From a virus (Duplodnaviria > Caudoviricetes): a stretch of 51,010 nucleotides of DNA. Shown here piece by piece: positions 19,655-28,535 of the stretch. Within the stretch, counting starts at the first letter, position 1, and each line of letters starts with the position of its first letter. The notes under the pieces are model-generated. The model searched no databases and had not been told where the DNA came from. It saw only the letters and a list, made by a program, of their open reading frames with translations. Position numbers and translations under genes: made by a program. The stretch is taken from positions 1 through 51,010 of the IMG/VR virus record IMGVR_UViG_3300042922_000517. One strand, 5' to 3'.

Positions 19655-19728
19655 TACTCCCTGCTGGAATCGAACCAGCGACCAAACGCATATAAGACGT
19701 CTGCTCTACCTATCTGAGCTAAAGGAGC
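19655..19728 (-). tRNA. tRNA-Ile, anticodon UAU
   Basis: Acceptor GCTCCTT/AGGGAGT+A; D arm GCTC/GAGC; anticodon arm GACGT-CT-TAT-AT-GCGTT; T arm GCTGG-TTCGATT-CCAGC; no encoded CCA. Confidence 0.9.
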
Positions 19729-19993
19729 AAATAATAAAGAGCTGTAATAGATCCTCGCCCACCGAAGATCTGCTACAGCTCTTAATCAATTCCTACGGCG
19801 TCTCAGTTTTGGGTACCATTCCTCCGCAGGAATTATTTCGGCGTGTGACTCACTATCTTCCCGTTGTCTGCGCTGCGCGCTTACCACTCACAAGAGTGTC
19901 GGTCAGTTTTTACACACCTTTGACTATTAGAGTCGAACCGTTAATAGGTTCCTCCTATATATAGGTGGCAAGTGTAAGGAGTGAAATGCATTT

Positions 19994-20563
19994 TTAGCTG
20001 CTGATCTGAAATAAACTTACCTGGATAGGCTCTTTCAGCTTCCTTTCCGCATTCTCGATGTATTCTTGCGCCGTCCCCCTGGATATTTGCAACTCTTCCG
20101 CAATTTGTCGGAGAGATAAGCAAAGACCATGCTTAAGTGTGAAGCACTGCTTTTCTCGCGGTGAAAGCACTGCAAGGGCATCATCTATTTGTTTCCGCTC
20201 TGAATCGGTCAATGTTGTCGGGCTGCCGCAGGCTGCCGGCTGCGCATAGGACTGCATCCGCAATGGATCTACTGGAATGGTTAACTGGTCCATAGATAAC
20301 CGATGAATCCCCCGGCGTGGTCCCGGGTTGTGCCCCAGATGCAGCCACTCTATGGCTAATTGCACATCAGATAGCATACTATTCAGCTTTGATATGTGTG
20401 AATTGATTGCATCCAGTTCCGTTTCGACCTCTGAATAATCTTCCTTTCCCTTCCGCTTGGTCACAATGAGGGCTTCCAGCTTCCGTTTAATTACCATCGC
20501 CGAATTCTTGCATTCATTTAGGATCTTCCGGGTATTTCGGTAACTCAGCTCTAAATCCTCCAC
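19994..20563 (-). CDS. xpf: Xpf-like sigma-region-4 late transcription activator
   Basis: Resembles PBSX Xpf along its length (MEDL..Y..T, IEWL..G..PG.RR.I.R, LSPREKQCF..IAEELQISRGT); upstream of terminase. Confidence 0.8.
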   Translation of the reverse strand: MEDLELSYRNTRKILNECKNSAMVIKRKLEALIVTKRKGKEDYSEVETELDAINSHISKLNSMLSDVQLAIEWLHLGHNPGPRRGIHRLSMDQLTIPVDPLRMQSYAQPAACGSPTTLTDSERKQIDDALAVLSPREKQCFTLKHGLCLSLRQIAEELQISRGTAQEYIENAERKLKEPIQVSLFQISS

Positions 20564-20614
20564 AATGTATGCCTCCCTGGTTGTGTTATAATTTGTGAGG
20601 ATAAAAGTTGCTGC

Positions 20615-20851
20615 TTATTGCCCTGATGCTGATTCAGGGCTTTTTTCTGTGTCTTCAGGGACATGAATGCTCTCTATCGAAAATCCAAAGACCCGCATAT
20701 TAGTGCTCAAAAATAGTCTCATTGCTGGAGTCTTGTAACGGACCCAATTATCTCCGAACTTCAAAACCTCGGCCACGCTACCTCCGTGGAGATTAAACTG
20801 CCTGTGCCCAGCTTTCAGCGCCTCCCGTGCTTGATAGGCATACCATGTCAT
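20615..20851 (-). CDS. Hypothetical protein
   Basis: ORF with coupled start, in operon orientation. Confidence 0.55.
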   Translation of the reverse strand: MTWYAYQAREALKAGHRQFNLHGGSVAEVLKFGDNWVRYKTPAMRLFLSTNMRVFGFSIESIHVPEDTEKSPESASGQ

Positions 20852-21027
20852 TCTATTGTCCCCCTGATTACAAATGGTCTCTCAGCTGCTTTACCAGTAG
20901 GTGGCGGACATCTCAAATCCAATTCTGCACGTTCTTCCGGTGTTAGCTGCGATTTCTTAATAACTCCCTGACCGCCGCCGGCTTCCTCATTGGCTTTATT
21001 CGTTATTCCATATTTCCATTTACCCAC
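20848..21027 (-). CDS. Hypothetical protein, 59 aa (not in ORF track)
   Basis: GGAGG RBS, GTG start, reads (M)GKWKYGITNK..VIRGTIE; stop overlaps the next ATG. Confidence 0.55.
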   Translation of the reverse strand: MGKWKYGITNKANEEAGGGQGVIKKSQLTPEERAELDLRCPPPTGKAAERPFVIRGTIE

Positions 21028-21049
21028 CTGTTATAGCCTCCTGTTGATC

Positions 21050-21259
21050 TTAGTTGAGTTTCCAAACTTCGCGGGCGACCTCCATCGGGTCCCGGACCTT
21101 TTGGTATCCCGGACCGGTCAAGGTCACTTTACCGCGGGGATTTACTTTGACCGGCTTTGGATAACCTGTCTTTGTATTGTTGCGGCTGCTGAAGATCACT
21201 CCCTCACGGCTTACGCTGAATCCGGGATAGTTTGGGATTGGTTTAAGTGGAGGGATCAT
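21050..21259 (-). CDS. NUMOD4-like small protein
   Basis: KPIPNYPGFSVSREGVIFS resembles NUMOD4; no HNH motif follows. Confidence 0.55.
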   Translation of the reverse strand: MIPPLKPIPNYPGFSVSREGVIFSSRNNTKTGYPKPVKVNPRGKVTLTGPGYQKVRDPMEVAREVWKLN

Positions 21260-21560
21260 TGGGGATTACCTCCAGACTTTTTATATCCACGTATGAAGAC
21301 ATTGTTCCATCATGCCAACGTACCTTTGCTCTAAGGCCGCTTTTTGAAATTTTATCTACGATACCAGACGCCTTGAACTTTTGGTGATACACCTTATCCC
21401 CCGGCTTTGTGTCTGGCTGTACTGGTGGTGTGGGGTCACATTTTCCAGACTCAATTTCTTCTAAGATACTCCACAGTAAATTCTTCTCTAGTTTGCTGTC
21501 AGTTGCCTCGATCAAGTACCCTAGCAATCCAATCAGCTTATCTGCGTCTATCAGTTTCAT
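21243..21560 (-). CDS. Hypothetical protein (LIDAD N-terminus, SH3-like C-terminus)
   Basis: MKLIDADKL; PGDKVYHQKF..GIV. Confidence 0.6.
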   Translation of the reverse strand: MKLIDADKLIGLLGYLIEATDSKLEKNLLWSILEEIESGKCDPTPPVQPDTKPGDKVYHQKFKASGIVDKISKSGLRAKVRWHDGTMSSYVDIKSLEVIPNDPST

Positions 21561-21823
21561 GGTCTGTCTTCCTCCCCTGGTAGGTTGATATGGGCGTAAT
21601 GTGAAACGTAACTTACAGGTGAATCACTCCAAATTTGTTCTATTTCCCAATATGCTCCGGTTTCTAAAGGATCTACATATCCAGATATATCAACGTCATG
21701 TTTATCAGTTACAAGGTACTCTTTACCAACTTCCGGCGGATTCGCCGGGTCATACTTTATCCATTCGATCATCTGATTCATCCCCTTTTTGTCCGTCTCT
21801 GTATCCCATGTAATAACTGCCAA
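21557..21823 (-). CDS. DUF551-like hypothetical protein
   Basis: EWIK..PPEVGKEYLV..VSHYAHINLP; true start probably near 21772. Confidence 0.55.
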   Translation of the reverse strand: MAVITWDTETDKKGMNQMIEWIKYDPANPPEVGKEYLVTDKHDVDISGYVDPLETGAYWEIEQIWSDSPVSYVSHYAHINLPGEEDRP

Positions 21824-21860
21824 TGATTAAGATCATGAGAAATATGAGTACTGATATCAT
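21750..21860 (-). CDS. 36-aa single-TM peptide (not in ORF track)
   Basis: AAGGA RBS; MISVLIFLMILIIGSYYMGYRDGQKG... Confidence 0.45.
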   Translation of the reverse strand: MISVLIFLMILIIGSYYMGYRDGQKGDESDDRMDKV

Positions 21861-21922
21861 GTGGGTTGTTCCTTTCTTTATGGGGAGCCAGATAACCCTA
21901 TCCGGCACCCGCGGTGCTGGGT

Positions 21923-22456
21923 CTATTCGGTCTGCCTCGATGGCGCTACGCGCAATGAATCAAAATCAAATTCACTCAAGATCTTCAAGAGCCTTTCCAC
22001 CTTCGGCGCTCTCCAGGCTGTCATTGCATAGGTGTGAGCTTCATTAGTGTAGTGGTAGTGATTTGACTTGATATGTTGCTTGGCCTCAGCCTTGGTTAAG
22101 AACATGGTGTTCTGTCGAATGAAATGTTCCTTTTTCTCCGAATGAAGGCTTGCACCTTCGTCATAGTGTTCCTGAATCCAGTCAAAGGCGCTAACTTCGC
22201 AACTAATTTCCTTGAAAGCCTCTAAGGCATCCTCTGAAAGGTCCTCCTTATCCAGAGACTCAGTTAGAAAATAATTGATCTCGTGAGATTCTCCGGCATT
22301 AGGAAGATATACGGAATGCCTTTCCGCATTGTCATCGTTACACTCCACCCAGCGGTAATCCCCCACTGTCCAAAACCTCGGGGCTGCCTGGGAATCATTG
22401 TCCTGACTATTCAGTTCTGTCTGTAATTCCTTCAAAAACTCGATATCTGTGCTCAT
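21923..22456 (-). CDS. Conserved phage hypothetical protein
   Basis: QDNDSQAAPRFW..MFLTKAEAKQHIKSNHYHY..YAMTAWRAP; strong RBS. Confidence 0.75.
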   Translation of the reverse strand: MSTDIEFLKELQTELNSQDNDSQAAPRFWTVGDYRWVECNDDNAERHSVYLPNAGESHEINYFLTESLDKEDLSEDALEAFKEISCEVSAFDWIQEHYDEGASLHSEKKEHFIRQNTMFLTKAEAKQHIKSNHYHYTNEAHTYAMTAWRAPKVERLLKILSEFDFDSLRVAPSRQTE

Positions 22457-22471
22457 ATCCTCTTCTCCCCC

Positions 22472-22897
22472 TTATACCTCTAGTAGTTCTGGATTATCTA
22501 TTGCATTCCCAATTACCGCCGTTCGGCTCAGTTGTCCATCTGATTCAAGTCTATGGTATTGGCTAGGGTTGCGAGTGAACACCAGGTAAGAGCAGTGTTC
22601 CTGCACCCATTCAACTTCCCCGATTCCGTTTTCGTCTTCTACCAAATCGCGGCCGTAAATCTCTCGTCCATTCTTGTCTGTAAATCCGATGAATTGACCA
22701 ATTGTTTTCGGATCAACCTCATTTACGAACGGTGCTTCTGTGTTCAAAAAGTCCCCATTCTCGTCAATGCAAGCACCAAAACGATTGTCTACGATGAATT
22801 TCCTGCCGCCGCCCTGTTCTCCAAGTAGTTGTATCAGGTCGCCGTATGTCCACTTTCCGTTATCCTTGCGCTTGCCACGGAACTTATTCTCTCTCAC
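22472..22897 (-). CDS. YopX-family protein
   Basis: KFRGK..W.YG, GQFIGFTDKNGREIY, VIGN..DNPELLE. Confidence 0.9.
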   Translation of the reverse strand: MRENKFRGKRKDNGKWTYGDLIQLLGEQGGGRKFIVDNRFGACIDENGDFLNTEAPFVNEVDPKTIGQFIGFTDKNGREIYGRDLVEDENGIGEVEWVQEHCSYLVFTRNPSQYHRLESDGQLSRTAVIGNAIDNPELLEV

Positions 22898-23016
22898 GTG
22901 TATCCTCTCCCTTTGGGGTCTCTGCCCCCTAAAATGCTCTTCGCAACTAAACTATTAAATTCCGCTGTTTTTGCAACCAGAGGTGTGTCTCTGCCCCCTT
23001 ATAAGTTAAGTACCGC

Positions 23017-23232
23017 CTATCCTGCATACATAATGTCACTGTGTCCGTCATTTCCGGTTGCTGTTAGGTCCGTGCATCCGCTGCATAACTTCAATTCTCT
23101 GAGTGGTTCAAAAGAGTGCGCTGATCCGAACAGCCTACGGTATTTTATTCCCGGCCCAATGCTTCCGCCGCAACCATCGCACTCATGGAACTTCCTTGCC
23201 GTATGAATCTTATTTTTGATTACCGTACTCAA
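23017..23232 (-). CDS. Small Cys-rich (zinc-finger-like) protein
   Basis: ARKFHECDGC..I.PG.KY..LCSGC. Confidence 0.65.
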   Translation of the reverse strand: MSTVIKNKIHTARKFHECDGCGGSIGPGIKYRRLFGSAHSFEPLRELKLCSGCTDLTATGNDGHSDIMYAG

Positions 23233-23259
23233 TTTGCCTCACCTCTTCCCTTGTGAGTG

Positions 23260-23472
23260 TCATTGGTTATCTCCTTCCTCAATCCTGGGATTTTTGGGCA
23301 ACCGCCCTCCAAATACGATGGTCGGCATTTCATGATCTTTTGTCACTAAGCGCCGGAGGATCTCTTTTTTGTACTCTTCAGCAAATTCATAATCTCCGGC
23401 ACGGCAGGCAATCTCAAACTCGGACACCAACTCGTCATTTTCGCATACTTCCGGTTCTCTTCCTGGTCCCAT
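23260..23472 (-). CDS. Hypothetical protein
   Basis: GAGGAGG RBS; operon orientation. Confidence 0.6.
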   Translation of the reverse strand: MGPGREPEVCENDELVSEFEIACRAGDYEFAEEYKKEILRRLVTKDHEMPTIVFGGRLPKNPRIEEGDNQ

Positions 23473-23475
23473 AAT

Positions 23476-23760
23476 TTAAACCTCCTCGTTTGTGGGTGCA
23501 GGGGTATCTGGGTATAGGGTGGAGACCATGGCCCTCAGTTCCCTTGCGTGGTTCTCAGCGCCTCGTAGGTCCGCCAGATCCGCCTCATACTCGATGATCT
23601 CTACCAGTTCTTTCAGCTTGTCCTGTAGTGTCTTGGCTTCTTGGAGCCAGTGCAGCCCAATACTTAGAGCGTGCTTTTCATTTTCATCTGCTGCTGTTCT
23701 TTGACAGAGCTGTAAGAGTGCTTCATCCTTTTGCCAGTCCCTCGATGGTGTTTGTGTCAT
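23476..23760 (-). CDS. Hypothetical protein
   Basis: Likely start MTQTPSRDWQKD overlapping the MTase stop. Confidence 0.6.
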   Translation of the reverse strand: MTQTPSRDWQKDEALLQLCQRTAADENEKHALSIGLHWLQEAKTLQDKLKELVEIIEYEADLADLRGAENHARELRAMVSTLYPDTPAPTNEEV

Positions 23761-24266
23761 TGGGCTTCCTCCCCTACCTCTCTCAAATCTATGAATTTTC
23801 CCCACTGCTTCACGTGGTAAAGTGCTTCTACATTTTTAGATCCGTATGCGATAAGTACTGAAGGTGCACCTGCATTAGCTCCAGCGCGTTTACCTGTAAC
23901 GTGATGGAAGTACAATCGACCCCGGAAGAACAGCAGCGCGTCCGCCTTATCCCATACCTGAGTGAAAAACATATCTGTTTCTGTCCGGGCGAATATGAGC
24001 GCAATACCGTTGCCATGACCCCCCAATTTATCCAGCCACTCTGTAGCCTCTCTCCCGTAGGGAGGATTAAGCCATACACGCCCTGACCACGGTTGTAGCA
24101 ATCCATCATCCTCTATCGTGTAATGTCGATCTGCGGTGTCCCATGGCCTGTTGATGGGGCTGCATGGGTCAAGGTCGAAATGTCCCAGACCTTTGATGAT
24201 ATCAGGCGGTGTGAGCCATTCGTCCTTAAGCATCCGCGCTGATTGATGGCTGCCCATGCCATTCAT
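23757..24266 (-). CDS. Phage N6-adenine DNA methyltransferase (T1 Dam-like family)
   Basis: DEWLTP, FDLDPC, VWLNPPY, ARTET and GRLYF motifs. Confidence 0.88.
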   Translation of the reverse strand: MNGMGSHQSARMLKDEWLTPPDIIKGLGHFDLDPCSPINRPWDTADRHYTIEDDGLLQPWSGRVWLNPPYGREATEWLDKLGGHGNGIALIFARTETDMFFTQVWDKADALLFFRGRLYFHHVTGKRAGANAGAPSVLIAYGSKNVEALYHVKQWGKFIDLREVGEEAQ

Positions 24267-24334
24267 GCGTTATATCCTCCCTTAGTGGGAGAGGAGGGCT
24301 GTATACCCTCTCTGTCCCGGTATCCTCGTACTGT

Positions 24335-25066
24335 TCAGCAGAGCTGCGTCTGAATGCACTTGAGCCTTTCTTCGGCGATGCAGACATACTCCATTTCCTT
24401 CTCAATTCCGACAAAGTTGCGATTCAGGGCTGCTGCAGCTACGGCCATTGTTCCACTTCCGATGCAGTTGTCCAGAATCGTATCGCCCTCATTCGTATAA
24501 GTGCGGATCAAGTATTCAAACAGCGCAACCGGCTTTTGCGTCGGGTGGTACCGTTCGTTGTCTCGCGGGAAGTGTAGTACATCGACCGGGTACCGATCTG
24601 TCTGCCCGCCGCCTTCGGTACCGATAATTGTCTTACCGTAATTGCTGCCATCGCTGGAATGTTTCTTGTATTTATTGACCGGCTTATGCCCCTGTGTCTT
24701 CTGGGCGTTATATGTCGGCAGATTCTTGTAAAAGACGAGAATGTTCTCGTGGGCCTTCAACGGCATTCTGTTCGCATTCAGGAATCCGGTACCGTTGCTC
24801 TTAATCCATATCCATTCATACCTGAGCAACCGCAAGTTGCTGGCCCCCAGCACTTTATCGAATGGTGTCTGAGCAGTTAGGACAATCGCGCCGCCATCCT
24901 TAATTAGCCGTTCATACTGCTGCCATAGCTGGTCCAGAGGAATAATTGAATCCCATCCGTTTTCTGTGGTACCGTAAGGCAAATCACAGAGGATCATGTC
25001 AAAACTCTTGTCCGGCAACCTTGGCATGACCTCTAAGCAGTCACCGTGAATGATTTGATTCTTCAC
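24335..25066 (-). CDS. N4-C/N6-A DNA methyltransferase, beta class
   Basis: GDCL, DLPY, HPTQKP and LDNCIGSGT (catalytic motif precedes SAM motif). Confidence 0.93.
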   Translation of the reverse strand: MKNQIIHGDCLEVMPRLPDKSFDMILCDLPYGTTENGWDSIIPLDQLWQQYERLIKDGGAIVLTAQTPFDKVLGASNLRLLRYEWIWIKSNGTGFLNANRMPLKAHENILVFYKNLPTYNAQKTQGHKPVNKYKKHSSDGSNYGKTIIGTEGGGQTDRYPVDVLHFPRDNERYHPTQKPVALFEYLIRTYTNEGDTILDNCIGSGTMAVAAAALNRNFVGIEKEMEYVCIAEERLKCIQTQLC

Positions 25067-25099
25067 CGCGGCATCTCCCTTCTGGTGAACCGTATGCGT

Positions 25100-25513
25100 C
25101 TACTGCTTACTACTAAGCGTGATATATGCCGCCTCTGCCCTCTCTCGGGGGCTGGCGGAAAGTAATATTGCTATGATGCTAATGCTCATATTAGGCCAAT
25201 GCTTGATGTCATTTGGGTTTATGTTCATGCCTGTTTTGGCCCTTGCCTGGACTGTGTAGAGAGTGCGTACATAACCTTCGTCATCTTTGGCTATCGCTGC
25301 TGTCTGTACCTCTAGAGAGGTAGCAGGGTCTCCAGCATAATCAGGAGCATAGGACCATATCAGTTCCACCGGTACGCTAGATGTCGCTTGTATCTTCCCG
25401 CCTTTTATCAGGCGGTAGACTCCATTTTGCACGCTAGGTTCTACCGTGTACCCCATCAACTCAGCGATCTTACGGTTAAGCTGCTGATTCGTCATTGTCT
25501 GTACCTGTGTCAT
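25100..25513 (-). CDS. Phage ABA-sandwich (BC1872-like) protein
   Basis: LNRKIAELMG..PDYAGD..A..V..ASPRERAEAA. Confidence 0.6.
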   Translation of the reverse strand: MTQVQTMTNQQLNRKIAELMGYTVEPSVQNGVYRLIKGGKIQATSSVPVELIWSYAPDYAGDPATSLEVQTAAIAKDDEGYVRTLYTVQARAKTGMNINPNDIKHWPNMSISIIAILLSASPRERAEAAYITLSSKQ

Positions 25514-25941
25514 GGCTGTGTCTCCCCTTCCTCAACTCTTTCCCCAAGTGCTGACTGGATACCGCAATATACTCCCCAGAGCCGCGCATCTATCATTTTC
25601 ATCCTGCCAAGCACTTTCATGGTGTCGTTCAGGATTCGTGTTTGCTGGGCTATGGTCTGTTGTGCCTCACGATGCGTTCTAGCTAGTACGCTATGTTTGT
25701 TAAGCAAAGAATCGTACTCTCCACGGCTTACGCAGAATCCTTGAAGTCCTTCATATGCCGCATACGCCAACTCTGCTTGTTGTTGTGCCTCTTCTAGAGC
25801 AGCCAGCAACCCCAAAAGTTCAATATTCGATATGTTTGAAGTGCAATTTCTGTATATTGTTTCAGCTTCTTCTTGAGCGTCACGTTTGATCTCTTCTATC
25901 CGTTCAGGTGTGGGTAAGGAAACTTTTCCTGCTTCACTCAT
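25510..25941 (-). CDS. Hypothetical coiled-coil protein (Ead/Ea22-like)
   Basis: TPERIEEIK..LLAALEEAQQQ; likely start MSEAG overlapping the ASCH stop. Confidence 0.55.
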   Translation of the reverse strand: MSEAGKVSLPTPERIEEIKRDAQEEAETIYRNCTSNISNIELLGLLAALEEAQQQAELAYAAYEGLQGFCVSRGEYDSLLNKHSVLARTHREAQQTIAQQTRILNDTMKVLGRMKMIDARLWGVYCGIQSALGERVEEGETQP

Positions 25942-26393
25942 GGCTGCTGTACTCCTTCCCAATTCCAAAGACTGAGTTTCCCCTTGGCCGGGATCGGCTC
26001 CGGCAGCTGCTTCACATCCCCCAACTCCCAGGCGTACCGTCCACTCTCGTAAAATCCGAAAGCAAATTCTTTATTGCTTCGGCCGATCCAGAACACCGGA
26101 ACAAGTCTATGAAGGAGAACTGCATCTCCTGTATGGTCAATGTGGATCTCTTGGCAGGCTGACAGTTCGGAGACGGCAATCACCACCCCGGTGGGAAGTG
26201 TGTCCGCCGTGTATCCATGCCGGGCTAATGCTGCTTTAATCTCCGGTTCCTCGCATGCGGCCTTGTCTAACTTCTTGCCGGCGTGTATCGCCAGTTCGCC
26301 CCGGTACTTCGCGGCCCAGCCGCGCGTTTCAAACCGCTTCTCCCTGGTAGCGATCAGTGTCGCATAGGGCTGTATAATGGTTATAGCCTTCAT
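25938..26393 (-). CDS. ASCH-domain protein
   Basis: MKAITIIQPYATLI..KRFETRGW..YRGELAIHAG..PIPAKGKLSLW. Confidence 0.9.
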   Translation of the reverse strand: MKAITIIQPYATLIATREKRFETRGWAAKYRGELAIHAGKKLDKAACEEPEIKAALARHGYTADTLPTGVVIAVSELSACQEIHIDHTGDAVLLHRLVPVFWIGRSNKEFAFGFYESGRYAWELGDVKQLPEPIPAKGKLSLWNWEGVQQP

Positions 26394-26647
26394 GACTCAT
26401 CCTCACTTTCATATTTCCCGCATGCCTGCCAGCGGACCCGGTGGTCTGTAGCTCGGCCGTGAGAATTCGCCCGAAGGCCACACTTATAATAGGTTTTTGC
26501 GTACCTCCAAGCCTCTAAATGCTGGCAAGTCTTGCAGATTGCATCTATAGGTCCCACTCCATGCAAACCAACCATTGGATTTATAGGTGGTTCCGGTAGG
26601 GGATCGGGCTCAGGTTCGGGCGGGAAGAACTCCAGTTGTTCACTCAC
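26390..26647 (-). CDS. Small Cys-rich hypothetical protein
   Basis: Likely GTG start (VSEQLEFF); CKTCQH..YYKC..WQACGKY. Confidence 0.6.
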   Translation of the reverse strand: MSEQLEFFPPEPEPDPLPEPPINPMVGLHGVGPIDAICKTCQHLEAWRYAKTYYKCGLRANSHGRATDHRVRWQACGKYESEDES

Positions 26648-27288
26648 GCCTTCGCCGCCTCTCTTGGTTTCAGATATCCCAGCTCTACCGCTATCTGCCG
26701 GATGGCCTGCATATCCTCTTCCGGATAACCCCAGTGCGGGCAATATAGGCCGCCGTATCCGTTGTTGTGGTTGGCGTCTTCATCCCCGAAGATATAATCC
26801 CGGAAATCGTTTATCAGCCCCCACATAGTGCCACCGTTGCTGAAGCGATGTTTCTGCTCATTGGTTTTGCCTTCAGCTCCCGGCACAAGAATCATAGGCA
26901 TGTCGGAATAATGATCTGTGTACCAGAGCCTCCCGCCAGCCCAGTGAAATTCTGAATATCGATTCTCTTTATCGTGATATAGAAACTTGCGTCCGCGGCT
27001 GCCGATCTCACGAATCAGCCGGTTTGCCGTTTCAATCCGTTTCTCAAGCCATGGCAAGCCTGGCGGCAGGACCTCTCCTGGCCTTGGCTGAGACTGCCCT
27101 ATCTTCCGGCAGCGAATCATCTTGAGAAATTCAATATAAGTCGTATCGGGCCAAGGATCTGAGTATTCAAGATACTCGGCATATTTCACTTTTCCTGCAG
27201 TTAACCCGCTCCGGATAACAGAATACGACTCATATTCGCCTGCTTCCCCCGGGTAAGTGACCTCATATACATTCAAGGCTATGCTCAT
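26644..27288 (-). CDS. Conserved phage hypothetical protein
   Basis: IGSRGRKFLY..FSNGGTMWGLINDFRDYI..HWGYPEEDM; AGGAG RBS. Confidence 0.7.
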   Translation of the reverse strand: MSIALNVYEVTYPGEAGEYESYSVIRSGLTAGKVKYAEYLEYSDPWPDTTYIEFLKMIRCRKIGQSQPRPGEVLPPGLPWLEKRIETANRLIREIGSRGRKFLYHDKENRYSEFHWAGGRLWYTDHYSDMPMILVPGAEGKTNEQKHRFSNGGTMWGLINDFRDYIFGDEDANHNNGYGGLYCPHWGYPEEDMQAIRQIAVELGYLKPREAAKA

Positions 27289-27332
27289 TGCTTATCAGCT
27301 CCTTTATAGGGGAGAGGATGGTTAACCCTCCC

Positions 27333-27575
27333 TCAGATCAGTTCTCTTGGATCGCGTTCACCGGCATCGCGCAAATCCTCGCCGCGCTCTTCTTCCTCAT
27401 AGTCGCTATAGCAGGTATGGCATACAGATGAGGGTAATTCCTCTGCGTCTCTCCAAAGGCTTTGCAATTCCGGTTTAGGAACCAAATTGCCGCATGCTTC
27501 ACATTGTCCCATGCCTTGACTCCGTTGCCTGTCCTCTTCCCGCCATTCCTCGCTGTGATTCTCGTACTTGTCCAT
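27333..27575 (-). CDS. Small acidic Cys-containing protein
   Basis: CEACG..CHTC. Confidence 0.55.
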   Translation of the reverse strand: MDKYENHSEEWREEDRQRSQGMGQCEACGNLVPKPELQSLWRDAEELPSSVCHTCYSDYEEEERGEDLRDAGERDPRELI

Positions 27576-27607
27576 AGCGCGCGTTCTCTCCTTATGGGCC
27601 TATGCCC

Positions 27608-28069
27608 TCATAGTTTGTATTGCAGCAGCACTAGCCCGCGCCGTTTGCTCCTGCCGATCTGCCGCCAGCCCGCCGCCTTGAAGCAGCAGCCGGGGTTTAC
27701 GCTGCGGATCTTCGCGGCATCCACGTAGGTGATAATGCCGTCCGGCGGTGGGTGGCCCCATAGACTGAGCGTAGCAGCTACCGCTGACCGGATCATGTCA
27801 CTACTGAGCAGGTCAGATTCGTTGCGGAAGTGGGTACACTCCCAAGCCTGAAGCCCATCATCCCGGATGCCCCGCCATGTGACCCACAAGGCATCCCCCA
27901 GTGCGGTCCGCATTACAATGTTCTCGCCTGGGCGGGTAAACTGGTCAGCTCCCACCGTCTGGCGGCTATAATGCCGGTCCGCCAGCTGTCGGCAGGAGTC
28001 GTCCGTTTTCTTTACCTTCATCCACGGGCCGTACTGGGGTATGTCGAGCATGATCTGATTCGGCTCCAT
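27608..28069 (-). CDS. Mom-like GNAT-fold protein, candidate DNA modification enzyme
   Basis: DRHYS, RNES..LSSDMI, ITYVD and PGCCFKAAGW motifs parallel those of Mu Mom. Confidence 0.55.
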   Translation of the reverse strand: MEPNQIMLDIPQYGPWMKVKKTDDSCRQLADRHYSRQTVGADQFTRPGENIVMRTALGDALWVTWRGIRDDGLQAWECTHFRNESDLLSSDMIRSAVAATLSLWGHPPPDGIITYVDAAKIRSVNPGCCFKAAGWRQIGRSKRRGLVLLQYKL

Positions 28070-28167
28070 GTCTGTTCCCTCCTTGGGCCTATAACAGCCC
28101 GATAAAAATCACTGTTTTCATTTCTGTAATCTAGTAAAGTAAAAAAATAAATTATAGGGGGAAGATT

Positions 28168-28368
28168 ATGGAATATGTGATTAACTTATTACTCATTGCA
28201 TTGTTGGTTTTTTCTTTAGTGAAAGTGCAGCAATATTGTAGGAATCCTGAAGTTCGAAAGCGCTCGTCCAAAGCAAGGCTATTATTCCTTAACATCGCTT
28301 CATATGGCATGTTTTTTATCTTCGCTTTATTGATTATTGTTGGAATAATTCAACAATTCTCATCATAA
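28168..28368 (+). CDS. Small two-TM membrane protein (moron)
   Basis: Opposite strand, AT-rich, own GGGGG RBS and terminator. Confidence 0.7.
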   Translation: MEYVINLLLIALLVFSLVKVQQYCRNPEVRKRSSKARLLFLNIASYGMFFIFALLIIVGIIQQFSS

Positions 28369-28390
28369 GGGGCGGCTTACCGCCCTCTTT
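28367..28390 (+). terminator. Intrinsic terminator
   Basis: AAGGGGCGG-CTTA-CCGCCCTCTTT. Confidence 0.6.
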
Positions 28391-28535
28391 AAAATGAAAC
28401 CACTTCGTTCTACAACTCCGCGCCTTCCACTTCATCCATCGTAATTGTGGCTCATTCTTCTTGTTTCTTCCGACTCCTACTGCAGCAAGTTGTGTTATAG
28501 GCTAAACTCCATCCAAACTAACTGACTTGATGCAT

